The notes under the pieces were generated by a model. That model was not told the DNA's origin and ran no database searches. It saw only the letters and a list, made by a program, of their open reading frames with translations. Both the position numbers and the translations under genes were made by a program. A DNA stretch of 63,990 bases, filler included, from Octopus bimaculoides (taxonomy: Eukaryota): assembly GCF_001194135.2 (NCBI RefSeq). It is 6 parts of 5 records of this genome, joined end to end, with 100 filler letters (N's around TTAATTAATTAA, not from the genome) between each part and the next. Parts side by side here need not be neighbours in the genome. Positions count along the whole stretch, not along the records: positions 15,162 to 38,287 come from NC_068982.1; 5 more parts are not named here. One strand, 5' to 3'. Positions 25,049 to 37,101 of the stretch are shown in pieces (the stretch's first letter is position 1; each line of letters opens with the position of its first letter).

Positions 25049-25973
25049 GATTTCAGTCTCTGCAGAGTACAATACAATACAACTGTGGGTGTATTTTTGC
25101 TTTAGACTTCAACGACGAAGTCTAATTGTTATTGCTAGATCTCATAATGACTAGAAAGATGACGTTATTTTAGTGAGTTANNNNNNNNNNNNNNNNNNNN
25201 NNNNNNNNNNNNNNNNNNNNNNNNNNNNNNNNNNNNNNNNNNNNNNNNNNNNNNNNNNNNNNNNNNNNNNNNNNNNNNNNNNNNNNNNNNNNNNNNNNNN
25301 NNNNNNNNNNNNNNNNNNNNNNNNNNNNNNNNNNNNNNNNNNNNNNNNNNNNNNNNNNNNNNNNNNNNNNNNNNNNNNNNNNNNNNNNNNNNNNNNNNNN
25401 NNNNNNNNNNNNNNNNNNNNNNNNNNNNNNNNNNNNNNNNNNNNNNNNNNNNNNNNNNNNNNNNNNNNNNNNNNNNNNNNNNNNNNNNNNNNNNNNNNNN
25501 NNNNNNNNNNNNNNNNNNNNNNNNNNNNNNNNNNNNNNNNNNNNNNNNNNNNNNNNNNNNNNNNNNNNNNNNNNNNNNNNNNNNNNNNNNNNNNNNNNNN
25601 NNNNNNNNNNAAAAAAAAAAAAAAAAAATGCAACATTTGATTATATATTATTGTTTTTTCTTTTAATTTTTGAATAGAGCAAGAATTCAAGAAAATAAAT
25701 TTAAACCTTTTTATTTCTATATATCAAAATAAAATTTTAGAAACATAAATCTTGCAACTAGAAAGTAAAATATATCTTCATATAAAATGTCAAAAAAAAA
25801 AACCGGAAAACAGTTCAGAAAAAAATTAAATAAATAGAACCCCAACCCACAACAACAACAGCAGCCATCAAGCCACTCTGAACACACTGGAAATAAATTT
25901 AAAATGTAGGCATTGCAGAGTTTCAGTTATGAGCTATTTATGAGTAGAGGAGTTAAGCTCAGTGTATTATTAA

Positions 25974-26194
25974 CCCTTTAGCATTCAAATTACTCTGTCA
26001 AATGTAATGTTTATTAATTAATATTGTTTTGAATTAATCAAGCATTATCTTGTAGCTTTGAGATTTCAGTGATGTGATAGTTTATTTTTAGAATGACATT
26101 GTAGGGTAGGTGTGCATGGGTCAGATCTGACTGGTTTGACCATGAAGTAGGTAGAATATTTTGGCTTGATGTGGCTGGCTTAAATGCTAAAGGG
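25974..26194. mobile_element. piggyBac-type MITE (TTAA TSD)
   Basis: TTAA(25970-25973)|CCCTTTAGCATT ... AATGCTAAAGGG|TTAA(26195-26198), a perfect 12-bp TIR, 221 bp in total. Confidence 0.85.
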
Positions 26195-26634
26195 TTAATA
26201 AGCTTCATTAATAGATTGTTGAGTATTTCTATTAGATTAGTCATAAAATAACTAGCAGTAAACTTCATGTTATTCATTCTACTATATTGTCAGTGCATTG
26301 GTGAGTCTATCTGTTGGAGCATTACTATACTCTTTTACACTTTTACTTGTTTCAGTCATTTGACTGCGGCCATGCTGGAGCACCGCCTTCAGTTGAGCAA
26401 ATTGACCCCAGGACTTATTGTTTGGAAGCCTAGTACTTATTCTATCAGGTTGGACGATTTGACTGAGGACTGGTGAACCAGATGGCTGCACCAGGCTCCA
26501 ATCTGATTTGGCAGAGTTTCTATAGCTGGATGCCCTTCCTAACGCCAACCACTCCGAGAGTGTAGTGGGTGCTTTTATGTGCCACCAGCACGAAGGCCAG
26601 TCAGGCGGTACTGGCAGCGGCCACGCTCAAAATG

Positions 26635-26669
<35 letters not shown>

Positions 26670-29600
26670 TGGACATATGTATATATAGATGGACATGTAT
26701 ATATAGATAGATGAATAGATATATATATGTCTGCAACAGGCTTCTTTCAGTTTCTGTCTGCAAAATCCATTCACTAGGTGTGCAGTAGGACTGATCCCAG
26801 AATCATGTAGTTGGAAAGTAAACTTCTTACCACACAGCCATGCCTGCACCAACATGTCTATTGTTAATTCTTCATGTATAATAAGAGTGAATATTAGAAA
26901 AGTGAAGTTATAGATTAAATGAGTAATCTAAACATTTTTTTAAATACTACCACTGAAATCAAATGTTTAAGAAAAAAAAACCCAGAAAATTTCTAAATTT
27001 TAACTAAAATATAAAGCACAGACATCTATTTTAGTTAACACTGTATAACACTTTAGGGAAAATGACTGTTACTATAGCCCTGGGTCAACTACTAAAGCCT
27101 TGTGTGGGATTCAGTAGACAGAAATTGAAAGAAGCACATTTGTGTGCGCATGTGTGTGTTATTGTCACCATTCTTTAACATTGTGTGATAGTTGTAAATG
27201 TGTGTCACCATCATGCAAGTGATGTCCTGTGAAAATATTTCTGGTCATGTGGAAATATTACCTTACTTGGAAACAGGAAAGTGTTAGCAACAAGAAGGGC
27301 TTTAGGCCGTAGAAAATTTCATAGACACTTTTCCAGTTGTAATAAGAGGCAGTTTTGGAGCAGTTCAAACTGTTAGAGTACAACAAGATGTTTTCACTGG
27401 GCATTTCAGCAATTGTAAAATTTCATTTGTTTAACTGCATGCATATCTGAGACTTCTTAATTCTATGTTCCTAGAATTTACAGAATTGCATTTCTATAGT
27501 AGAAAAAATTTACTTCTACAGAAACATCTTCTAAAATATGTCAGCTAAATGTTTAAAAAAATGTTAGTCATCTCACTATGTGGGTTAAAGAGCAACAGAG
27601 GGGTGATGCCCATAAACTTTGAATTTTCTCTCTCTCTCATACACACACAAACACACATGCATGTACAATACATACACAGAAACACACACATACTCTTTCT
27701 GCCCCCCCCACCCCCCACCCCACATACACACAAACGCTTAGATGTGATGGGTTTGAATGGATATGATATCACTTTGCTTGTGCTGATGAGTTGTAAACAA
27801 ATAAACTGGAAAAAAGACACGTAATTTTAAATATATTAACTTTGAAGAACAACTGTTTTAGTCATATACAACTCACGTACATACACGCATGCACACACAC
27901 ACACCCATCCTACCTACCTAAGTGTAATAGTAAAATAAGAAACACTGAAATACAAAAGCAACCAGTGAAGAGCATACTCTTGGTGTATGCATTCAGGGTC
28001 AAATCTATGGAGGATTGCTGACATGCATAGCAACCAAATCAATAACGTTACAGTGAGAAAGAGAAATAAAACCAATATGCTTAGACAACTGCATTCACAA
28101 ACCTAGATATCTTGAAATCTCTTCACGAAAACTTTCTCAAGCATCCCTCCACCACAAAAAAAGTGACAAACTGATAAATCACAGTGAATTGAATGATGAG
28201 ATCTAAATCTAATTTTTTAGAGAGAGCTTTCAAACACTAATAAAGTCAAGAAATAATGAATTAAAATTTCTGAGTGCAGCTGATGTTGCCTGCACATACA
28301 CATCTTACTATAATGGGCGTTATGTCCATCTGTCTGTCTTTCTGTTTGTTCCCTTTTCACAGTGAGACAGCTGGACCAATGGTCATGATGTTTTTCAACA
28401 TTACAAAAGAGGTAATCAAGAAGTGTTTTAGTGAAAAAAAAAAAATGTGAAAAAGTATGATTATTTAGTGGATATTTGGGTAAATTTTGATCCTTTCATC
28501 CGCACAATTTTCACTAGCAAAAAAAAAAAAAAAANNNNNNNNNNNNNNNNNNNNNNNNNNNNNNNNNNNNNNNNNNNNNNNNNNNNNNNNNNNNNNNNNN
28601 NNNNNNNNNNNNNNNNNNNNNNNNNNNNNNNNNNNNNNNNNNNNNNNNNNNNNNNNNNNNNNNNNNNNNNNNNNNNNNNNNNNNNNNNNNNNNNNNNNNN
28701 NNNNNNNNNNNNNNNNNNNNNNNNNNNNNNNNNNNNNNNNNNNNNNNNNNNNNNNNNNNNNNNNNNNNNNNNNNNNNNNNNNNNNNNNNNNNNNNNNNNN
28801 NNNNNNNNNNNNNNNNNNNNNNNNNNNNNNNNNNNNNNNNNNNNNNNNNNNNNNNNNNNNNNNNNNNNNNNNNNNNNNNNNNNNNNNNNNNNNNNNNNNN
28901 NNNNNNNNNNNNNNNNNNNNNNNNNNNNNNNNNNNNNNNNNNNNNNNNNNNNNNNNNNNNNNNNNNNNNNNNNNNNNNNNNNNNNNNNNNNNNNNNNNNN
29001 NNNNNNNNNNNNNNNNNNNNNNNNNNNNNNNNNNNNNNNNNNNNNNNNNNNNNNNNNNNNNNNNNNNNNNNNNNNNNNNNNNNNNNNNNNNNNNNNNNNN
29101 NNNNNNNNNNNNNNNNNNNNNNNNNNNNNNNNNNNNNNNNNNGTTAGTGGGAACAAAGTGTGTGGAGAGATAGCGAATGATAAATTCATCTAAAAAAAAA
29201 AAAAGATGATAGAGTTTTTGCATGTATGTGTGAAACGAAGTAAAAGTATAATATTAAAACTAAAATATCTTTTTTGTACCTCTTAAAATCACTGGATATA
29301 ATATATATAATAATCCCAGATTGCAAAATATATTTGAAATAACTAAAGCATTTTCCCTTTGCAATTTTTGGCGCCGAAATGAGTTTCATTTTTGTGTGGG
29401 GGAGAGAGAGAGAATGGTGTAACAATATATCATAATTATATATATCATTATATATCATCATCACCATTCAAAGTTTAGGTAAACCTCATCACCCACTCAC
29501 TCACTGTCTCTTTCTTTCTCTCTCTCACTCCTCCCTCACTCCAAATTTTGGCACAAGGCTAGCAGTTTTTGAGGGAGAAGCAAAGTTGATGACATTGACC

Positions 29601-30560
29601 CCAGTGCTCAGCTGGTACTACTTTATTGACCCTGAAGGGATAAAAGGCTAAATTGACCTTGGTGGAATTTGAACTCAGAACATGAATATGGATGAAAAGC
29701 CACTAAGTATTTCACCCGGTGTGCAAGTAATTCTATTAGCTCACCGCCTTAAATGACTAAATAATATTAACCTAAACTGTTCACATTGTAAAGTGGTTAG
29801 CATTAGGGAGGGCATCCAGTCACAGAAATCATGCCAAAGCAGATACTGGAGCTTGATTCAGTCCTCTGGCTTGCCAGCTCCTGTTGAACTGTCCAACCCA
29901 TGCCAGCATGGAAAACAGATGTTAAACAATGATGATAAAGATAATGACAATGTCATTCACACTCAGAGAAAAAATTTATGCATATATTTGCCTGTCTGTA
30001 TGTATATTATTCCAAAAAGAAGCTATATCCAGCCACTCAGAATAAAGTACTCTGTGAATAAAAAATATCTAATCCATATTCAGTTGTCTGACAAAATATG
30101 TGTTTATATATGATTTTCATTGTTTACCTTATTTTCCCCTTCTTACCTTTTTGCCATATAATATAAATTACCTTTCAATAAACTTTTGTTCCTTAGTTCC
30201 CAATATGCAAAACAGAAAATATATTTTGTCAGACAAATGACTGAGAATTAAATACACACACACACACACACATATCAAAAAAGGATCAATGGTCCTTTCT
30301 GAGCCAAAGCTGGTTTCCTGGATCCTGTGGTAAATAGATTACTCCCTGGACAGGATACTGGTCTGTTGCAGGGTTATTCATTTTCGCTGAGTGAACTGGA
30401 GAAACATGAAATGAACTATTTTTACTCAAGAACACAAGACATCATCTGGTCCAGGAATCAAAACCACAATCTTACAATCACAGGTGCAACACTATAACCA
30501 CTAAGCCACGTGTCTCCACACACACACACACATGTATGTATGTAAGCATCAATGTGTATA

Positions 30561-30621
<61 letters not shown>

Positions 30622-30637
30622 AATATATATGTATATA

Positions 30638-30870
30638 AGAAAGAAGTTGAAAATGCACTGGGATTTGTTTAAATTTTTTTATTTAAATTTTTTTAAAGAC
30701 TTCACTGGTTTCACAGATTTCTTTGATTTTCAAAAGTTGACACAGAATGATGTGGAGCCATGCTGCAACAGTCTTGCAAGATAGAGAAATCTGTGAAACT
30801 GGTTACATCTTTAAGAATTTCAAAAATAGAAAATCTAAATGAATACCATGCATTTTCAACTTCCTTTTCT
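30638..30870. mobile_element. AT-rich foldback MITE with ~85-bp imperfect inverted arms
   Basis: Arms 30638-30722 and 30785-30870 contain the exact inverted blocks aagttgaaaatgca/tgcattttcaactt and tttcacagatttct/agaaatctgtgaaa. It is flanked by TA-rich sequence and the TSD is ambiguous. Confidence 0.7.
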
Positions 30871-30918
30871 ATATTTCTACCTCTGTGGAATAAAATTTTT
30901 TTTTTTTTTCTGATACAT

Positions 30919-30957
<39 letters not shown>

Positions 30958-31289
30958 TTTATATTGTTAATTAATTCCTGGTTATGTCATATAACCAACC
31001 AGTCAGAAATTACACTTGGCAATATTGATGACTCTTGGGACATGTAGGCCAGAAGCACTTACGTAAAAGGAGCTATGTCGTTTCTGGCCAATATATGTGA
31101 AGAGTCATCATTATTGCTAAGTGCAATTGATGGCAGATAACAGTCAGTAACTGCAAGAGCCAGGAATATACTATTCAAAAATACAAAAGTATAATGGCTC
31201 AATTTCTCTTTTAGAGTGTTTTCTTTCTGACTTCTGGACAACAAACCAATAACAAACATGCATGCATGCACACACATGCATGCACATAC

Positions 31290-31334
<45 letters not shown>

Positions 31335-31979
31335 CTATTTAGGAAAATTTAAGTGTCCACTTTCAACCAAGTCATTAAAAATCTTGATGTTAGAACATAT
31401 TTCAATATTTTATACAGAAAATATTTTATTTCCATAATGTAACATCTGCATGACAAAATATACGTTTTGAAAATCAAAGAAGTTTTAAAATCCAAATGAA
31501 AATTGCCTATCTTATATTGAAAGACAATAACAATACGTATGCATAATAAAAAAAAAAATGAATAAAACACAAGTGCCTAGAGTCATAACAATGTTTACAA
31601 TTTCAATGTAGTATTAGCAGACATATTACAGTTTCTATACAGAACTTTCTCAGAAGGACCCTAAAAAAAGTAACAGTGATTTCTTGTGCCTATATTTTAT
31701 TTTCTTGTATTCACATGCTATATTTTCAGGGTTCACCTATTTAAATCTTTTGACTCCTGTAAAATTACAAAATATTTTTAGAGCTATAAAGATATGTTAA
31801 ATAGATATCAAGATATGTTGACAGGATTTTGGTCAATTGGAATCAATATCTGGAACTAAGCACCACAAAAGTGGAACAATAAAGGTAAACCAATGGGAGT
31901 ACCTTTATGGGAGTAAGGGGCACCTGACCTACTAAAAATAGCATCCATATTTCCATTAAATCACAACCTACTGTCATAA

Positions 31980-32189
31980 CCCTTTTGTTACCATACTTCT
32001 GTTGGAATACACCACCTTTGTTTCAATGAAATTTGAAAATAATAAAGAAGTTAGTAAAATACTTTGTAATTATTAAGTTGATGTTTGGAACGAATTTTGA
32101 TGGAAGATTTTAACTTGGAAAATTAAAAAAAAAAAGAAGTTTGTATCGTAGAATCAGAAGCAGTGTTAGATGGGTTGGTAACAAAAGGG
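31980..32189. mobile_element. piggyBac-type MITE (degenerate TTAA TSD)
   Basis: The 14-bp perfect TIR is cccttttgttacca / tggtaacaaaaggg, with flanks ataa and ttta. It has the same CCCTTT terminus as the element at 25974 but a different interior. Confidence 0.75.
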
Positions 32190-32385
32190 TTTAAAAAAAA
32201 GAAGGGGACATTGAGTAACATATTTTTAGATGTATTTCTAAAAAGAGAGTCAGGATGGTTATGGCTGGAATGCCTTTGATCATAAGTTTGTTCATTCAAA
32301 GTTTTACTTGGAGCTAAAAAATAATAACAAAATAAGTGTAAATTACAAATTTCAGATTGTAGTCAAACATAAGGATCCAATAGAC

Positions 32386-32677
32386 CAGGGGTTTTCAAAC
32401 TGTGGTCTGCAGACCACAGGGGGTCCACAAGGACAAGACGGGGGTCCGTGGACAGCAAATACTTTTTATGGGCAATTTGATTTTATATGTGTTTTTTAAT
32501 TGAAATCTTTTAATTGACAATAGACCTATTTGTTAAATACTGTTAAATAAATAAATGTAAAAATGTTATTTTAAGCAAATATTTATGTATAAATTTCATA
32601 AGTGTTTATAAGGAGGTCCCTAAGGTAAAACCTGAAATATAAAGGGGTCCACAAGTCAAAAAGTTTGAAAACCCCTG
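32386..32677. mobile_element. hAT (Charlie-like) MITE
   Basis: The perfect 16-bp TIR is caggggttttcaaact / agtttgaaaacccctg, with a perfect 8-bp TSD caatagac (32378-32385, 32678-32685) and ggggtcc subterminal motifs. Confidence 0.9.
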
Positions 32678-32847
32678 CAATAGACCAATGTTTTTCCATA
32701 GAGATGGGAGCAGGTAAATTGCCATATTTAGTAAAGATACAGTTGTTTTTAAACTTTTTATGAAACTTGTCCAGCATCATGGCAAAGGAAGAAAATATAT
32801 GTGGATGCAAATTCTTTTGCTTTTTCATTGATATAAACTGGCACTCC

Positions 32848-33141
32848 ATTGATTATGACAACGAGGGTTCCAGCTAATCTGATCAATGGAACAGCCTTCT
32901 TGTGAAACTAATGTGCAAGTGGCTGAGCACTCCACAGACACATGTAACCCTTAACATAGCTCTCCGGGAGATTCAGCATGGTCCTTTGAAATACAGGTAC
33001 TACTCATTTTTGTCAGCTGAGTGGACTGGTGCAACATGAAATAAAGTGTCTTGCTCAAGGATACAGTGCACTGCTGAGAATTGAACTCATGACCTTACGA
33101 TCATGAGCCAAATGCCCCTAACCACTAAGCCATGTGCCTTC
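32848..33141 (-). mobile_element. tRNA-derived SINE with a mosaic head and tail
   Basis: The head and central part (~33000-33141) match the SINE at 22238-22488. The 3' part (~32860-33000) matches the SINE at 681-1068. Confidence 0.75.
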
Positions 33142-34247
33142 ACTTTCATTGATATAGAGTGGGAGACAAAAACAATAAAAAAAGAATTCACTAATATTTG
33201 GTGTCAGGGAGTTGAGTGAGTATTTGGTATTTGTTCATTCAAGAACCACTGCAAAAGGTTATTTCATCACTGGTTATAAAATCAAACCAAAAATGTCATA
33301 TTTTCACAATGCAGGGCTGAGTATGTAACTGTATCTATTGGATTTTTTTTCTTTATCTTTAGTCAAGAGAGATGACAGTGTCCAGGATTCTTTACAGGGC
33401 TTCCAGGTAGGAGGATGGGATGGAGATATCTTCAAACCAGGACCTGGCCTGAATGCTTGCAACAGAGTGGACTCCAATAAACACATACACACACACACAC
33501 ACATATAAATGGAGTCATAATTGATGGACTAATTTTGTATAACAGACAAAACAACAAAAAAAAAACCATTAAAAAACAACAGAACATAATAATATTGAAC
33601 CTTGGGAGGGGCATTATGCCAGTAATAATAAACACATGCAATTATTACTTTTTATGGTAGCAGGATGTTTAGAAATGATATAAATAAGTTTTTCTGCATG
33701 GAATAAAATAGTAAATAAAAATAAAATTAAAAAAAAAACTTGATAGTTTTTTTGTTTTTAGATTAAACACATTAAAGATATTTCTTATGTTTGAATGTAT
33801 AAAAGAAAAACAAAACAGACTTAAATAGAATGTGGAGCTTTGTAACAAAACTGGACATTACAAAATGACTAAATAAATACATATTTTTTATAAGGCACAG
33901 AATTCTCTTGTTCATCATATGTACATCATGAAACAGACCAGTGGCTGTATTTAAAAGGGAAAATAGTAATGTTGGTAATTACGGGGTAACAAAATGTACT
34001 ACAATATACTGTAATACTGTTCACACAACATTTTTTTAAACAATAAAGTATATCAGTCGCTTTATGAAATTAAATATATGACAGGGGGACAGGAATTATG
34101 TAATCAACTTCATTAGGTTACATCTGTTTCTGCTACAAGATGTTGTGCACTCAGAGTTGAGTGCTTGTGCATCATCTAATAGCTTCCTCAAAGCCTATGG
34201 TTAAAATGAACAGTTTCGATAAAATGGAACATTTACTATTACTGCTA

Positions 34248-34399
34248 TTAGGAATCCTCTTTCGTGGTTGCAGATGCTTGCTTTAATCGATAATAGTATA
34301 TGATATTGCTTGCCAATAAAAGACTAGCGCCAGCGAAAATTACAGCAGAGGAGAAGTAAAATGTATAATCATATAAGACAAAGATGTCTTTTAGTTTAC
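34248..34399 (-). CDS. SLC16/monocarboxylate transporter family (MFS) gene, terminal coding exon (TM12 and C-tail)
   Basis: The acceptor is tctcttttttccttttttcAG|GT. The phase-1 start joins the upstream exon to give (G)KLKDIFVLYDYTFYFSSAVIFAGASLLLASNIIYYYRLKQASATTKEDS* with TAA at 34250-34248. This fits the SLC16 G.L.D....Y...FY pattern. Confidence 0.9.
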
Positions 34400-35149
34400 C
34401 TGAAAAAAGGAAAAAAGAGATATATATATTAGTAATATATTTGTCACATTAACACAAGGCTATAATTATCTAGAAGAGGGTTATATTTTACAACCTTGGT
34501 TCCTAGTGTAACTCAAGTTTAACTTTGCCAACACACACACACACATGATGGGCTTCCACACAGTTTTCATTTACCAAATTCACTCACAAGGCATTGCTCA
34601 TTTTGGGGCTATAGTAGAAAACACTTGCTTGAGTTGCTATGCTGTGGAACTGAGCCCAAAACCACATGGCTGCAAAGTGAGCTTCTTAACCACACATCTA
34701 TGCCTGTACCTACTTGATTAAATTCAAACAAAATAACATAGAATGATATAACTAAATAATGCACCCCTATTTCTGCCCTTTCATTACTAAATACTGACTT
34801 TTAACACAAGCACAAGGCCTCAGTTTTATATGAATCATATACTGGTTTGTCATTTTACTTATGTTTTTAGATACTAGAAATTTATTCAAGGCAGCATTTT
34901 TGAGATAGACCCCCTTCATATTACCAGTTCTCAACTATCTTTTTTCAAGTATGGGAATGTAAACATCACATCAGTATTTTGCTCAGGCAATGAGAAGCAA
35001 ATATGTGGAATATCAACATTCACATACTTGGACATGGACAGATACATATACAGGTATGCATACATAAAAATAAAATAAGTTATGCAAACTCATCATCATC
35101 GTACGTATACATATATCTATATAAACATACGAGCTTGCCAGAATTTGAA

Positions 35150-35360
35150 TCTGGAAACTTCTGAACTCTGAGAAACAATGGATGGGAGACAAATATGCCT
35201 TCCTGTAGAAATAGGTATCAGAGGATTTGCTAGAACAAGAGTTAACTCAATGCTTAAGAGTCTTAGACTAGCTGTGAAGAAGACAAAAGATGTGGTTAGA
35301 AAATTCTCAGAATGTGCTGAGAAGGCAAGCCATTACATCTGGATGAATGGTACAGCATGA
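35150..35360 (+). pseudogene. HERO-like (RLE-type) non-LTR retrotransposon C-terminal fragment inside the SLC16 intron
   Basis: ORF 35178-35360 reads CLPVEIGIRGFARTRVNSMLKSLRL...SECAEKASHYIW, matching the PVE(V/I)G.RGF...AE.AS..(I/L)W end of HERO-type endonucleases. Confidence 0.65.
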
Positions 35361-36195
35361 ACAAGCATTGAGGATGGTAGAAACATTTGGCCTAGAGTTG
35401 CAACAACTGACACAAGAAAACTCCTGTTGTTGTGTGGGATTTTAGTTCTCAACATTGGTGGGTGGTTCCAGCAGCTCTGGTGTCATAGTGGAAGGGGCTG
35501 AAATACCGACAGAGCTGCATTATTGCCTGATTAAACATCAACTTTTGAATTCAGAGATGGAGTACACCAGCACCCTCAGCACATAAGTGTTTAGCCTATA
35601 TATCAGAAGGTTCAACCCTGATGAAACTTAAACTCAAAGCATAAACATCATCATCATTTAACATCTGCTTTCCATGCTGACATGGGTTGGATGGTTTGAC
35701 ATGGAGCTGTCCAGACTCCAACTGTCTGTTGTGGCATGATTTCTATGACTGAATGTCCTTCCTAGCACCAACCTCTTAACAGAGTGTGCTGGGTGCTTTT
35801 TACATGCTACTGGCATGGATACATTTATGTAGCACCAGCACGGGTGCGTTAATGCATCATTGGCACAGGTGCTTTTTAAGTGACACTGACACCTGTAAGG
35901 ACAAGACTATATGTGTGGAAGACAGCGATTTTACTTAGCTTGACACATTTTATCAAGTACAGCAAATCACATCATAATTAAATAGTGCAGGGTATTTAGT
36001 CTAACTTGCTCTCATTCCACTAATGTCTAGTTCCTGATAAATTTCTTTGCCTAATCTAAAACCGTTCTTCCTATGTTGTTATTCTCTCATGAAGTTATCT
36101 GTCTTTTCTCTTTAAATCTCATAATATAGTTTCTAATTCAAAACCCTTTATGGCAAAAAATTACTGATAATTACATTTGTTTACTTTCTACATAC

Positions 36196-36434
36196 CTTCT
36201 AATGGCGGCCCAATTAAGGCACCAAGTCCTTGGAAACAATTTGTCCATCCAAACGAACTTGATAATTTTTCAGCACCTAATAGATCAACAATTATGACAG
36301 ATTTCTGGGATATAAATGCACCACTCATAAAACCATATGCTGCAGTAATGGCAATAAATTCTGAATATTCAAATGCCAAGGGATAAAGGAAAATAAGAAG
36401 GCTATTTAAGAAACATATCAGAGTGTAGCAATAC
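36196..36434 (-). CDS. SLC16/monocarboxylate transporter family (MFS) gene, penultimate coding exon (TM9-TM11)
   Basis: The acceptor is ttttttctatttacAG and the donor is GAAG|GTATGT. The 239 bp read xYCYTLICFLNSLLIFLYPLAFEYSEFIAITAAYGFMSGAFISQKSVIIVDLLGAEKLSSSFGWTNCFQGLGALIGPPLE(G), with the SLC16 signature D-L-L-G...S..FG....G.G..IGPP. It splices in frame to 34399 across a 1796-bp GT-AG intron. Confidence 0.92.
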
Positions 36435-37007
36435 CTGTAAATAGAAAAAAGTATTTAGATGTAGAACTTCAAGGTATATAATTACAAAGACAAAAACACT
36501 AATTAGTAACAACAGATAACACAAAATTGAGGTAATAATTGGGAAGAAACATTATTCAGTATTTAGGAGCAGAAGTAAGGACTCAATGTAAATAATGGGT
36601 ACACAAAAGGTACAGTGGAATCTCTGGTTTAATAGGAGACAAGAACTTTAAATGTGACAGATGCACAGTAGTTAGCAATAAGAGCATCAAGGACATGAAG
36701 TTTATGTACAGCTATTATCTCAGTGATTTTTTTTAGTGACAAAAGAGGCTGGAAATATAGTATCCTGTGTAGGAAACAAGAAGTTCAGAGAGCTTTTGTT
36801 ACCTCTGTTGGTAATGAAGGGCTTTCTCACTTTGTGAATGCAGAGAGTATAGTGTAAAAAAGTATGATGTATACATTAATAAAATACAGACAATGAATAT
36901 GGGGGCTGTGTTGAAGCTGGAGGCAAAATAAATATGATCCAATGAATGTGCAATTTTCACCTGTACAAAAGACAGCAGAATACGAATGGTAGTGAGACAA
37001 TAGACAA

Positions 37008-37101
<94 letters not shown>

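Noticed and set aside
28300-28415. Plus-strand exon-like segment (ttcccttttcacAG...GAG|GTAATC)
   Set aside because: It is only 49 bp with no partner exons. The upstream tcttactataat...gtccatctgtctgtc sequence looks more like the 5' end of a non-autonomous repeat.
36802-36960. Candidate upstream SLC16 exon (acceptor ttttgtacAG, donor AG|GTAAC, phase-compatible with 36434)
   Set aside because: The translation VKIAHSLDHIYFASSF...SEKALHYQQR lacks the SLC16 TM7-TM8 features (P..L, GR...G...D). Phase match alone has a 1-in-3 chance.
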